Assembly: GCA_963758495.1 (NCBI GenBank)
Contig: CAVWVI010000005.1
Coordinates: forward strand, 1 to 64,000
Origin: Oligoflexia bacterium
GTDB lineage: Bacteria; Bdellovibrionota; UBA1018
Direction: 5' to 3'
DNA: 64,000 nt
Positions 9,549-19,225 of this stretch are shown piece after piece. How positions within the stretch are numbered: position 1 is the first letter of the stretch; each line of letters starts with the position of its first letter. A program made the translations under genes and the position numbers. The notes under the pieces were generated by a model, which saw nothing but the letters and a program-made list of their open reading frames with translations, was not told the DNA's origin and ran no database searches.

Positions 9549-10601
9549 CTACGATCGGTTAACAGGTTTAAGAACATTTCCCATATTTTTTAACGAATTC
9601 GAGTCATTAACTGAAGCTAAAATACAGCTTTTTGACTCATGAGCAGAAATTCGCTTAATCAATCCTGTGAGTACTTTACCCGGCCCAAATTCAATTGAAG
9701 TGGTAAAACCACTGTTTAAAAGAGACTGAATCGATTGTTTCCAAAGGACGGGGTGGTCTATTTGTTCGATCAGCAGTTCGAAAATCAGTCCGGCTTCTTT
9801 AGAGAGACGGCCCGTTCGATTAGGGACATAGGGACAAGAAGGTATCTTCGGTTTTTGAGCAGGTGTGGCGAGGGTAAAAAGCTCAGCCATTCGATTTCGA
9901 GCTTCACTCATCAGTCGACAATGGAAGGGGGCACTCACTTGTAATGGTATTGCTTTTCCTCCCGCAAATTCTCCACCTGCTTTAATCAGTGAAACCGCTT
10001 CTTCGACAGCGTCTTTTGAACCCGCGATCACTGTCTGACCTGGGGCATTGAAGTTAGCAGGTTCTACAATTGCCGGAACAGAAAATTCTGACCCCTCTTC
10101 TTGAGAGCGTTTTTGTTCAGCTAGGGCGGTGGCTTTTTTACAAAGGTGTTGAATCAGGGTATCGTCGTCAAGACCTAAAACTGCGGCCATGGATCCCTGT
10201 CCAGGCAGCACCGCTCTTTGCATGGCGGCGCCCCGTTCTCGCACCCATCGGGTAGCGACGGCTAAATCTAAACTGCCAATTGCAACTAATGCTGAATATT
10301 CTCCCAACGAATGTCCAGCGACTGCTCCTGGAGCGAAATCAAACTCTTTTTGTGCAACTCGAAATGCAGCAACGGAAGAGACAAGAAGGCAGGGTTGAGT
10401 ATTTTCTGTTAAAATCAGATCACTCTCCGGACCATTAAAGCAGAGCTTTCTTAAATCTGTGCTAATTGCATCGGAGGCTTCTTCAAAAATTTCTCGAGCG
10501 ATTGAAAAATTATCATGAAGATCTTTGGCCATGCCAACGTGTTGAGAGCCTTGTCCAGGGAATACCGCAAAAATAGACGAAGATAATGTCGAATGATTCA
10601 T
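9549..10601 (-). CDS. fabD: Malonyl-CoA:ACP transacylase
   Basis: FPGQGSQ, GHSLGEY, VSAPFHC. Confidence 0.97.
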   Translation of the reverse strand: MNHSTLSSSIFAVFPGQGSQHVGMAKDLHDNFSIAREIFEEASDAISTDLRKLCFNGPESDLILTENTQPCLLVSSVAAFRVAQKEFDFAPGAVAGHSLGEYSALVAIGSLDLAVATRWVRERGAAMQRAVLPGQGSMAAVLGLDDDTLIQHLCKKATALAEQKRSQEEGSEFSVPAIVEPANFNAPGQTVIAGSKDAVEEAVSLIKAGGEFAGGKAIPLQVSAPFHCRLMSEARNRMAELFTLATPAQKPKIPSCPYVPNRTGRLSKEAGLIFELLIEQIDHPVLWKQSIQSLLNSGFTTSIEFGPGKVLTGLIKRISAHESKSCILASVNDSNSLKNMGNVLKPVNRS

Positions 10602-10658
10602 TTGAACTTTATTCCTCCAAGTAACAGTTTCAAGTGACAGGTTTTCAGTAAAATCCCG

Positions 10659-10710
10659 GATGAATTACAAAGATAAATTACAAAGATGAATTATCAAGAT
10701 GAATTACCAA
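10659..10710. repeat. Four degenerate 13-bp tandem repeats (GATGAATTACAAA) overlapping the fabH stop
   Basis: gatgaattacaaa/gataaattacaaa/gatgaattatcaa/gatgaattaccaa. Confidence 0.8.
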
Positions 10711-11720
10711 CGCAACAGAACAGAGCCATAAGTGAGTCCTGCACCAAAAACATCGAATAGTACCGTTTGTCCAGGTTGAATTCGACCATCACGGACTGCC
10801 TCATCAAAAGCAGTCGGGACGGTAGCAGAAGAAGTATTTCCAAATCGGTCAATATTGACCAGAACCTTTTCCATAGACACGCCTAAGCGTTTGGCAACTG
10901 CTTCAATAATTCTTAAATTAGCTTGATGGGGGATGATCCAGTCTAGCTCCGATAGAGTTAAACCATTGGACTCAAGCGCTTCGATTGCAAAATCTGCAAG
11001 GGTTTTTACTGCGACTTTAAAAATTTCTTTTCCCTTCATTTGCATTTTGTTGAGTTTTTGCTCGTAGGCTTCCGGTGTGACCTCCATGGCGGATCCTCCA
11101 GCAGCAATATGAAACAACTCCCAAAGTTCGCCATTCGATTTGAGGTGACTGGATAAAATGCGTCGTTCGGAATCCGCGGAGGTTCGTTCTAGGATGGCTG
11201 CACCAGCACCGTCACCAAAAAGAATACAAGAAGTTCGATCTGACCAGTTTGTGAAGGCACTCAGTACGTCTGCACCGACGACGAGTGACGTTTTGACTTT
11301 TCCAGACTGAATGAACTGATCCGCAATGGAGACGCCGTATACAAATCCAGAACATGCTGCATTAATATCCAGTGCCCATGCACGATGAGCTCCTAACTTT
11401 TTTTGTAACCAACAAGCGGTGGATGGAATGGGTGTGTCCCCGGTGCAGGTTGCATACAAAATTTGATCAATATCTTCTGGCTTTTTCCCAGCCATTTCTA
11501 GCGCAGATAAGGCCGCGCGATAGCCCAGTGAAGAATTCAAATCTTCGGGATTTCCAGGTCTTGAAATTCGACGTTCCCGAATTCCAGTTCTCTCAGTAAT
11601 CCATTCGTCGGAAGTTTCTACTTTTCTAGACAATTCTGCGTTAGTGAGAATGGTCTGAGGATACCCAGATCCTGTACCTGTAATTCTTGAGGCAAAAATA
11701 TTATCTTTTGAATGATTCAT
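10704..11720 (-). CDS. fabH: Beta-ketoacyl-ACP synthase III
   Basis: AACSGF, LFGDGAGA, PHQANLRII, GNTSSA. Confidence 0.97.
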   Translation of the reverse strand: MNHSKDNIFASRITGTGSGYPQTILTNAELSRKVETSDEWITERTGIRERRISRPGNPEDLNSSLGYRAALSALEMAGKKPEDIDQILYATCTGDTPIPSTACWLQKKLGAHRAWALDINAACSGFVYGVSIADQFIQSGKVKTSLVVGADVLSAFTNWSDRTSCILFGDGAGAAILERTSADSERRILSSHLKSNGELWELFHIAAGGSAMEVTPEAYEQKLNKMQMKGKEIFKVAVKTLADFAIEALESNGLTLSELDWIIPHQANLRIIEAVAKRLGVSMEKVLVNIDRFGNTSSATVPTAFDEAVRDGRIQPGQTVLFDVFGAGLTYGSVLLRW

Positions 11721-11743
11721 GAGATTTTTAACATACCTCCGGT

Positions 11744-12865
11744 TTACCGTGTCGTGTTTACCAAAGCGTGTTCCAGTCGTTCTACAAAACGTCCTTCAGT
11801 CGCTTGATTTGCGCGAAGTAGCGCATTCTTAATAGCTCTTGGATTACTTCGTCCATGGCAGATAAAAACATAGCCCGCCACTCCTAACAGAGGGGCTGCT
11901 CCATAATCTGCATAGTCGAGTCTTTTTTTAAATTTTGAAAATACTCCAGCATCTCCTAGTCCTTCAATCGTTTTAAGAACTACATTGCCCACAAAGCCAT
12001 CCGTGACCATGACATCAATTTTTCCTGAAAAGATTTCTTTGCCTTCTGCATAGCCCATAAAAGAACCGATAGCATCCGGTCCGGGCTCGAAACATTCGAG
12101 TTTTTCGATCAGCGCGAGAGAAGCTCGTGTGAGTTCATTTCCTTTTTTCTTTTCCTCACCGTTTGAGAGAAGTGCAACTCGAGGAAGTGTTTGGCTGTGG
12201 CGTTCAATTTGAGCAAAAATAGCACCCATAACAGCGAAGTCTCTTAAGTGTTCTGGTTTACAGTCTACGTTTGCACCCACATCAATTAAAACACAACCCT
12301 CTTTCCCTAGTGTGGGTAGTTTGATGGCAATTGCTGGGCGCTCAACTGAGGAGAGCCGTCCCATCTGTAGAAGCGCAGAAGCCATGATGGCACCTGAGTG
12401 GCCAGCGCTAATAAAGGCGGCAGAAGAGGCAGAAGTAGAACTGGGCACTTTATTTTTTTCTGCTCTATTTTTCCGTGTTGTATCTGGTTCTAAAGATCGC
12501 TTTTTTGTTTCAAGATAGCTCTGAGCCGCTAATTGACAACCAATATTAATGGTTGCGTTGGGTTTATTTCGAACCGAGCGAATTGAATCTCCCATCTCAA
12601 TCGCTTCGGAGGAATGGATGAAGCTCACTTGAAAGGGGGAGGACGTCAAGCGTGATCGAGAAGATGAGGTTGCACCACCACCTAACGCTTGAACGAGGGC
12701 TTTATATCGCCGCTGATTCAGCAAAGGTCGAATGATTCCTTCATCTCCGACGATAATCAGTTCCCCATTGCAATTTTGAAGTTCTGGAAGTGCTTGTATC
12801 GCGCCTTCCAGTATGGCTCCTGGGCCATAGTCACCTCCCATTGCATCGAGGATCAGTCTGGGCAT
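11744..12865 (-). CDS. plsX: Phosphate acyltransferase PlsX (with apparent internal deletion)
   Basis: LDAMGGDYGP, DVGANVD, DGFVGNVVLK, GAAPLLG, HGRS; lies between rpmF and fabH. Confidence 0.93.
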   Translation of the reverse strand: MPRLILDAMGGDYGPGAILEGAIQALPELQNCNGELIIVGDEGIIRPLLNQRRYKALVQALGGGATSSSRSRLTSSPFQVSFIHSSEAIEMGDSIRSVRNKPNATINIGCQLAAQSYLETKKRSLEPDTTRKNRAEKNKVPSSTSASSAAFISAGHSGAIMASALLQMGRLSSVERPAIAIKLPTLGKEGCVLIDVGANVDCKPEHLRDFAVMGAIFAQIERHSQTLPRVALLSNGEEKKKGNELTRASLALIEKLECFEPGPDAIGSFMGYAEGKEIFSGKIDVMVTDGFVGNVVLKTIEGLGDAGVFSKFKKRLDYADYGAAPLLGVAGYVFICHGRSNPRAIKNALLRANQATEGRFVERLEHALVNTTR

Positions 12866-12874
12866 TTGAAAAGA

Positions 12875-13066
12875 CTAAGCGTGAGCTTTAGCTGCGGGTA
12901 GAATCGCTTTTCCGTCATAAAAGCCACAAGCACAAACGCGGTGAGGTCGTGTCGGCTCACTGCAGCTTGGGCAGATCTTTGTCGAAGTTTTTGCGAGTTT
13001 ATTTCCACCTGCAAATCGGCGCATATTACGACGGCTACGGGAAACTTTCTTTTTAGGGGTTGCCAT
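12875..13066 (-). CDS. rpmF: 50S ribosomal protein L32
   Basis: [21 protein letters not shown]...PHRVC.CG.Y. Confidence 0.97.
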   Translation of the reverse strand: MATPKKKVSRSRRNMRRFAGGNKLAKTSTKICPSCSEPTRPHRVCACGFYDGKAILPAAKAHA

Positions 13067-13080
13067 TTTATTAATCTCCT

Positions 13081-13722
13081 TTAGATTTTAAAGTTATTTA
13101 GGACTGAAAAAGGGCTTGTTTTTTTGATTTTTGCACAAGCACATCGACCGACATTGAGGTCGGTTCCACACTCAAGGCAGACTCCCTTACAACTCTCTTT
13201 GCAAAGAGGCTGAAAGGGTACTTGAAGTTGGAGTTGCTCAGTCAAAACTTCTCCAAGATCAATGTATTCATGTGAAAGATAGGTGATGTCAAGGTCTTTA
13301 CCAGAAGAAATCAGCTCACCTGCCTCTTCGTCATGAGCATGGCGAGCAAATCCTTGATTTTGCCCTGCAGGGCGACCTGGGTTTCGATGGTCATTATTTT
13401 GGTATTGTAAATGAGCAACGCCAGCCATCACTGGGTCTTTGCAGAAGAGACCTGAAAAGCTGAGGTTACAACGATGCTCAAAAGTGTTAGCACAACGGCT
13501 ACAGACAAGCTCAATAAATGTATTGAGTTGACCTGATACAACCACCACCTCATCCACTTTTCTTAGAGAAAAGTGGGTTTGGATACCACGTTTTTTTGGA
13601 GGGGTGATGGGTTCTTCAATATGTTCATCAGCACGTAGAACAGCATTCACCACCCAAGGTTCTTCCTCTGTGAAGTCAAGTTCTGTCTCTAAGTCTGATA
13701 TTTCACGCAAATAAATCTTCAT
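13081..13722 (-). CDS. yceD: YceD/DUF177 family protein
   Basis: CSRC and [18 protein letters not shown] motifs; upstream of rpmF. Confidence 0.9.
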   Translation of the reverse strand: MKIYLREISDLETELDFTEEEPWVVNAVLRADEHIEEPITPPKKRGIQTHFSLRKVDEVVVVSGQLNTFIELVCSRCANTFEHRCNLSFSGLFCKDPVMAGVAHLQYQNNDHRNPGRPAGQNQGFARHAHDEEAGELISSGKDLDITYLSHEYIDLGEVLTEQLQLQVPFQPLCKESCKGVCLECGTDLNVGRCACAKIKKTSPFSVLNNFKI

Positions 13723-13803
13723 CCACCACGCCTCAGCAGCCGCTCCAGTCCATATAACAGACCGAGGACTTGCTTTCTGATAACAATTCTAAGGAGTCGG
13801 ACA

Positions 13804-14925
13804 TTATCTGCTGGTTGCGATGGAGTCAACCGGAATTACGTCGAATCTTCCAGTGTTTCCGTTAGAGTCTTGATCCGTGCCTTGAAAAGACCAAGTGACT
13901 TGTCGATCTGCCAAGTGTCCGGGGGGCAGCCCAAGAATCCTGAATGGAACTTGTGTTAAATGATGAACCGTGTTTTTAAAGGTTTTTAAGATAGATTCAT
14001 GGCGGCGTAAAGCCTCGGCTTTTACCCATCGGCGATAAACGTCGGTGATGACAAAGCCTCCCCCCGCCAATTGGCCATTTTTAAGTCGGCAGGCTCCCTC
14101 TTTAAAGTGAATTTGATGAGAGCCAAAAGAGTGCCATTTTGGGTTTCTGGAGGAATAACCTCCCGCCACTAGGCAGTCAGAAATAAAGCAAATAGATTGA
14201 GAAGGGTGAAGCTGAAGTGTCCAATGGATAACAGAGGGAGAAACATGAACTTCATCTATAATGAGTTCTAAGTAAGTTTTAGGGTTTCCTAGCGCCGCGC
14301 CCAATGCGCCAGGTTGACGCTGATGAAAAGATAAAGCATTCCAAGCATGCGTTACCCCCTGAAACCCCTGCTTAAAAGCAGAGCTAGCTTGCTGTTCCGA
14401 AGCTTGGGAGTGTCCAAGGGAGAGTATGATTTCTCGAGATTGACTCCAGCGTGAAAGTTGGCGAAGTTGGTGCGGGCTGAGGATCTCGGGTGCTACGGTT
14501 AAAATTTTCAAGGTTTTCTGGCTGATTAGCCAGAGATGATCTAATTCATCCCAATTGAGCTTCCTGACTGTATGGGGAGGGTGCGCGCCACACGCCAATG
14601 GGTTGATGAAGGGCCCTTCTAAATGAATTCCCAGGGGTTTAGCTCCTGGAAATCGATTCATTCGAATCCAGCGGCCAAGTCGCTCTACTGAAGTAGCCAA
14701 TTCTTTTTTGGGTGAGGAAAGAGTGGTCGCGCAAAATCCTGCAACGCCCTTTTTCCATAATGCCTGAGAAAGAGTGTCGAGATCCTTGGGGGTGGCTGTC
14801 ATTAGATCGATGCCAAAGGCACCATGGAAGTGAAGGTCAATCGGCCCAAGGGTCTTTATTTGGGTGGGGGTTGACGTTAAAGTGGCTTCGTGTTTACTCT
14901 TGACGACTCTAGTGTGACGTGACAC
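13804..14925 (-). CDS. nagA: N-acetylglucosamine-6-phosphate deacetylase (divergent)
   Basis: IDLHFHG, GIHLEGPFI...GAH, TVAPE, GHS, THAWNA, ISD. Confidence 0.8.
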   Translation of the reverse strand: MSRHTRVVKSKHEATLTSTPTQIKTLGPIDLHFHGAFGIDLMTATPKDLDTLSQALWKKGVAGFCATTLSSPKKELATSVERLGRWIRMNRFPGAKPLGIHLEGPFINPLACGAHPPHTVRKLNWDELDHLWLISQKTLKILTVAPEILSPHQLRQLSRWSQSREIILSLGHSQASEQQASSAFKQGFQGVTHAWNALSFHQRQPGALGAALGNPKTYLELIIDEVHVSPSVIHWTLQLHPSQSICFISDCLVAGGYSSRNPKWHSFGSHQIHFKEGACRLKNGQLAGGGFVITDVYRRWVKAEALRRHESILKTFKNTVHHLTQVPFRILGLPPGHLADRQVTWSFQGTDQDSNGNTGRFDVIPVDSIATSR

Positions 14926-15108
14926 CTCATCAGTTTACCATAAAGAGATTAACTTTAGAGGTAAGTTTTGAGAAGAATGCTTTGAGAAAAAGTAGAGGGT
15001 AGGTATATAAAGCTTTTTAAGCTCATGATATACATGTCGACTTCTTACCTGTATAATAATGGGTGGAGCTTATGGATAAAGCAGATTTTGGCTAAAAGGT
15101 GAAATTAG

Positions 15109-15702
15109 ATGACAAAGAAATCGGCGAGTTCAAGTGAAAAGACCATTCCATCAAAAAAAGCTAACGCTGCGATGAAAGTGTATTCAGCGTCTGGCTCTAA
15201 AGCTGCTGGAAAACAAAAAGGGTCTAATTCGTCTTACTCATCTGGGAAGTCTACTTCATCTTTAACTAAAGCTATAACTAAAGCGAAGATGGCCGGCTCT
15301 AATGGAATTGCGGGGAAAAAATCAACGGGGGGGAATTCGAGAGGAATTTTGGAAATGGGTGAGACAGTTTGTCGTGAAGTGGCTTGTGAGGGGTTATCTA
15401 CCTCGGGTGGATATTGTCGGCTTCACTACATAAAAAATTGGAAGAAGATTAAACGGAAGGAATTGATCCTCCGTGAGAAGAAGCTGAATCAATATATTGA
15501 AGAGCTTGTCGCAAAATATCCAGATAAGTATATTGAAGCGATTCGACAAGATTTAGCAAATGATAAAGATTTTGCAAAAGTGATCTACGACCTGGATCTC
15601 GATGAAGGTGTGGATGATTTTGATATTGAAGGCGGAGAGTCCGCTGACTCATTGATTGATACCATCAAGAGAGATTTTGATGATGATGGGGATGGGTTTT
15701 AG
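15109..15702 (+). CDS. Hypothetical protein: K/S-rich N-terminus, CxxxxC..CxxH motif, acidic C-terminus
   Basis: 197-aa ORF with CREVAC...YCRLHYIKNWKK. Confidence 0.75.
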   Translation: MTKKSASSSEKTIPSKKANAAMKVYSASGSKAAGKQKGSNSSYSSGKSTSSLTKAITKAKMAGSNGIAGKKSTGGNSRGILEMGETVCREVACEGLSTSGGYCRLHYIKNWKKIKRKELILREKKLNQYIEELVAKYPDKYIEAIRQDLANDKDFAKVIYDLDLDEGVDDFDIEGGESADSLIDTIKRDFDDDGDGF

Positions 15703-15745
15703 GTCAGGGTGATTTCTTCGAAGAGTTGGTTTTCCCGTAAGCGTT

Positions 15746-15822
15746 CAGGCCACAGGCCACAGGAAACAGGCCACAGCTAAATCCGCTGTCAGCTAGGATA
15801 GTCCTGTTTTAGCTGTGGCCTG
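15746..15822. terminator. Inverted repeat (CAGGCCACAGCTAAA / TTTAGCTGTGGCCTG) with 7-bp tandem CAGGCCA units; possible terminator
   Basis: 15-bp perfect arms at 15767-15781 and 15808-15822, downstream of the 15109-15702 gene. Confidence 0.45.
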
Positions 15823-15904
15823 AGCGCTTGGTTTCTAGTTGCTCTATTTTCAATTGTAGCTTTTCAATGTGAGAGACTTCTTCACGAAATTCATTAAAAA
15901 TTAC

Positions 15905-16067
15905 ATTGTGCGCCTGCCACGAAGGATGAATTGTAAAAAACCATAAAGAATTCATATATTCATCAAGGTAAAGTGGCGATCTGAACCCACTCATCATCAA
16001 GTTATCAAAAAAGCGATGTCATCATGATGATTTAACTTAAACTCGTCCTTCGTGACAGGCGCACAAT
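15905..16067. mobile_element. 163-bp MITE, copy 1
   Basis: 25-bp TIRs ATTGTGCGCCTGCCACGAAGGATGA / TCGTCCTTCGTGACAGGCGCACAAT; near-identical copy at 27321-27483. Confidence 0.85.
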
Positions 16068-16318
16068 AAAAAATTACACTACCTGCAAATGCAGCTGGCG
16101 AAATGGGACTTTTTAATAAAAAAATTATGAATATTACGGCAAAATGGAGTGTTTGGTTTTGATTTATTTTTATCATTTTAACTTGCCTAAATAGCTTAGC
16201 ATTTGAAAAGTCAATTATGGAATCCTTGGCTATAGTGAATCTATAACCACTTAGGGAGCTATTTGGGAAAAATCAATCTTCTGGTATTCATATCGGATTC
16301 AATTCATAATTAATCCAT

Positions 16319-19087
16319 ATGAGAACCAAACTTGGGGTGTCAGGTTGGATTTTACTCTTATCCATTCTTACTTTTTCTTCCGTTTGGGCTGGGCCAGGGT
16401 CAGACTCCATTCAATTTCCTTCTCTCAAGACAGATGGAGAAAAGTTAGCCTTCCTGATTGAGATCAAACAGAAGATCCCCAAGCTCTTTAGTGATGCGGC
16501 AATGTACGATATCGATCTTTTCTCATTGCTCGACGATGAGGCACAGCTATTAAAAAGGCTGAAATCGAATCCGAAATACCTCCATGAATTCGAGAATAAA
16601 TCCTATGACGAAATTACTGTCACGCCCCCTCCAGAAGGGCTGGAAGTAGGGACTAAAAAGATCAAATCAGAGGCAATCCAGCATTGGAAGAGTGAGCTCT
16701 ATCAATCTCTCCAAGAATTGAAAGAGGAATTGAAGGCAAAGTTGAATGTCGGAAAGGGAGGGATCTCTCCTGAAAAAGCTTTGAGTTCTCAGATCAATAG
16801 TACTGTTGAAAGTTTGGCAAATTCTGGTGACTTATCGAATCTCTCAGGTAAGAAATTTGGTCGTCTTTTGGCTGAGTTTGGAAGGGAAAAACAAAACCAA
16901 GCACTCTTTAATGAAAAAATTGGAAAAGCCAAAGACTTGGATCTGAAGGGCAGGCTGACCTTGGTGCTGGAACTCTATGATCAGTTTCCGGTCAAGCCTC
17001 ATACTGTTACAAAAGGACACCTGGAACAGGCAATTCAATTCTTGTCCGAGGTTGAAAAACTGATCGCCTTATCCACACTGCAAGTGGTTCTTCACCGCCC
17101 TGGACAAACTGAAAATGCAGATGGAACACCCTGGGAGTCTTGGAAGGCAGCTGAAGATTCGCTGAATCGACTGAACGGACAGGACCTTGAATTTTTTCTC
17201 GATAAACAAGATGCCTTAGCTCCTTTAGTGAGGAGTTTAATCTCTCATCATGAACCCCAATTGATTGAGGCTATTTTCAAGGGTATTGAATTTTATGCCC
17301 AACAAACCGAAGGAGGAAATCAAAGGGCAACTGAGAAAATTCGATTGACTCAGGTTCCTCCAGCGGTGGGGATCTTTAGGGGATGTACGGGTGGAGATTG
17401 TTCGTCACAATATTCTTTTCCCTATCCCAATGATCCTCATGAGCGAGTGTTTTTTATTTACGATTCAGAGGACAAACTCAAAGGCTATGTGAGTAGTACG
17501 GAAGTAATGGCTCAGGGCAAACCCTCTCTTTATATCATTACGATGAGCGGCAGTAGAGTGAATGCAGCGGATACCGAATTGGTTTTAAGAGCTTTGGAGC
17601 GGGCAAAAGAGCAGCTTGGAGTGAAAAATATTTTACTTCCGGAACCATCGAAATTGCCTGGTTTAATTAATTTTCAGGAGATTCGGGGAGTTTATGAGGC
17701 GTACACACGCCATAAGCATCTCATCCCTATTCACTATCAGGATCCCGATCTCAGGCAAATCATCGAAGGGTACGAGGGTACTCAATTTAATAGCGGTCAG
17801 TATGATCATATGAGTAACAATCAACACGGAGTGGTTTTAAAATTCTCGGACCAGAAGTCAAGTCAGTTATCCGTCCACCATGAAAGACTTTCCGAAACAC
17901 GGATTCTTCCCAAGCCAGTCATAGAAATGCAAAATTCGGATATCGTAGAATTCCTACTGGATCTGAACAAGTCTGGACGAAGGAGTCTCATTCAGAAAGT
18001 GACTCAAATTCAGGAAGTCCGATCGAAGATCAACCTTAAACATTTTATTGAATTGACTGAAAATTTGTTGAAGAAATGTACTGAAACAGCAGGCAATCCT
18101 CTGAGCGTACAGACTTACCGACACCAAGTTCAGACTTTGTTCTCTGAGTTGGGAATGGATTCAAACTATTTAGAAAATCATCTCTCTCTGCTTTATCCTG
18201 GCATTGTTCATTGTCAGGACCCCTATTCGGATCAAAATGTCAATCTAACTACGGAATTCATCATCAAGGATATGAAGGAAAATGAGGGTCTCTGTCCTGG
18301 TATAAATTTATCCACTCTGAAAGGCTCAGATACAAAAGCCATTTCACAGAGTGCTCCGTTTTTGAAGTATTATAATCAATTAGCCCAACAGATCAGCGAT
18401 CCGAGTTTCAAACTTTCTCAAAAAGTTGTAACAGCTTTTGCACTATTGCAAGAGTTGGATGATCTCAAGATAAAGGATCTGGCACTTGCTCATACATTGT
18501 TTGGGCGATTGAAGAGCTCTGATGTCGATGTTCGATGGTTAGCTAAAAGGTTGTTGAAAGTTCTTAATTCAAGAAATCCAGCGATAGCGCATGCACTGGC
18601 TGAACATTTGAAAGATCCTGATATCAATGTTAAATATACAGCTATAATCGTGCTGGGAGAGATCCAGTCGAGTGATCCAGCGATAGCACATGCACTGGCT
18701 GAACATCTGAAAGATCCTGATCACTGGGTTAGACGTGCAGTGGTATTTGCGTTGGATCAGATCAAGCCGAGTGATTCAGCGATAGTACATGCACTGGTTG
18801 AAAGTCTAAAAGATCCTGATGGCGGGGTTAAATATCAAGCTATAGTGGCAATGAGAGGTATCAAGTCGAGTGATCCAGCGATTGCTCATGCTCTAGTTGA
18901 ACTTCTGAAAGATCCGAGTTTCAATGTTAGATCTGCAGTTGTACAGGTGTTGGGAGAGATCAACCCAAGAGATCCAGCGATAGTAAATGCACTGGTTGAA
19001 AGTCTAAAAGATCCTGATGACAGGGTTAGATATTTTGTTAAAAGGGCGTTAGAAAAGATTCAGGGTAACCATATTAATAGTCCGTAA
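16319..19087 (+). CDS. Secreted protein with GCTGGDCSS domain and six C-terminal HEAT (PBS-lyase-like) repeats; paralog 1
   Basis: Signal peptide ending SSVWA; 33-aa repeats of the type IAHALAEHLKDPD..VR..A...LG.I...DPA. Confidence 0.85.
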   Translation: MRTKLGVSGWILLLSILTFSSVWAGPGSDSIQFPSLKTDGEKLAFLIEIKQKIPKLFSDAAMYDIDLFSLLDDEAQLLKRLKSNPKYLHEFENKSYDEITVTPPPEGLEVGTKKIKSEAIQHWKSELYQSLQELKEELKAKLNVGKGGISPEKALSSQINSTVESLANSGDLSNLSGKKFGRLLAEFGREKQNQALFNEKIGKAKDLDLKGRLTLVLELYDQFPVKPHTVTKGHLEQAIQFLSEVEKLIALSTLQVVLHRPGQTENADGTPWESWKAAEDSLNRLNGQDLEFFLDKQDALAPLVRSLISHHEPQLIEAIFKGIEFYAQQTEGGNQRATEKIRLTQVPPAVGIFRGCTGGDCSSQYSFPYPNDPHERVFFIYDSEDKLKGYVSSTEVMAQGKPSLYIITMSGSRVNAADTELVLRALERAKEQLGVKNILLPEPSKLPGLINFQEIRGVYEAYTRHKHLIPIHYQDPDLRQIIEGYEGTQFNSGQYDHMSNNQHGVVLKFSDQKSSQLSVHHERLSETRILPKPVIEMQNSDIVEFLLDLNKSGRRSLIQKVTQIQEVRSKINLKHFIELTENLLKKCTETAGNPLSVQTYRHQVQTLFSELGMDSNYLENHLSLLYPGIVHCQDPYSDQNVNLTTEFIIKDMKENEGLCPGINLSTLKGSDTKAISQSAPFLKYYNQLAQQISDPSFKLSQKVVTAFALLQELDDLKIKDLALAHTLFGRLKSSDVDVRWLAKRLLKVLNSRNPAIAHALAEHLKDPDINVKYTAIIVLGEIQSSDPAIAHALAEHLKDPDHWVRRAVVFALDQIKPSDSAIVHALVESLKDPDGGVKYQAIVAMRGIKSSDPAIAHALVELLKDPSFNVRSAVVQVLGEINPRDPAIVNALVESLKDPDDRVRYFVKRALEKIQGNHINSP

Positions 19088-19225
19088 CGAAGAGTTGTGC
19101 ATGGAAAATAAAGGTCAGAATTCTTGTGACACAACTAGATAAAAAAATCCTTAATGTTTTCTTATTAAAAGCGATGAATTAAATTTCATTGAGAGTCCAA
19201 CTGATTCAATTCATAATTAATCCAT

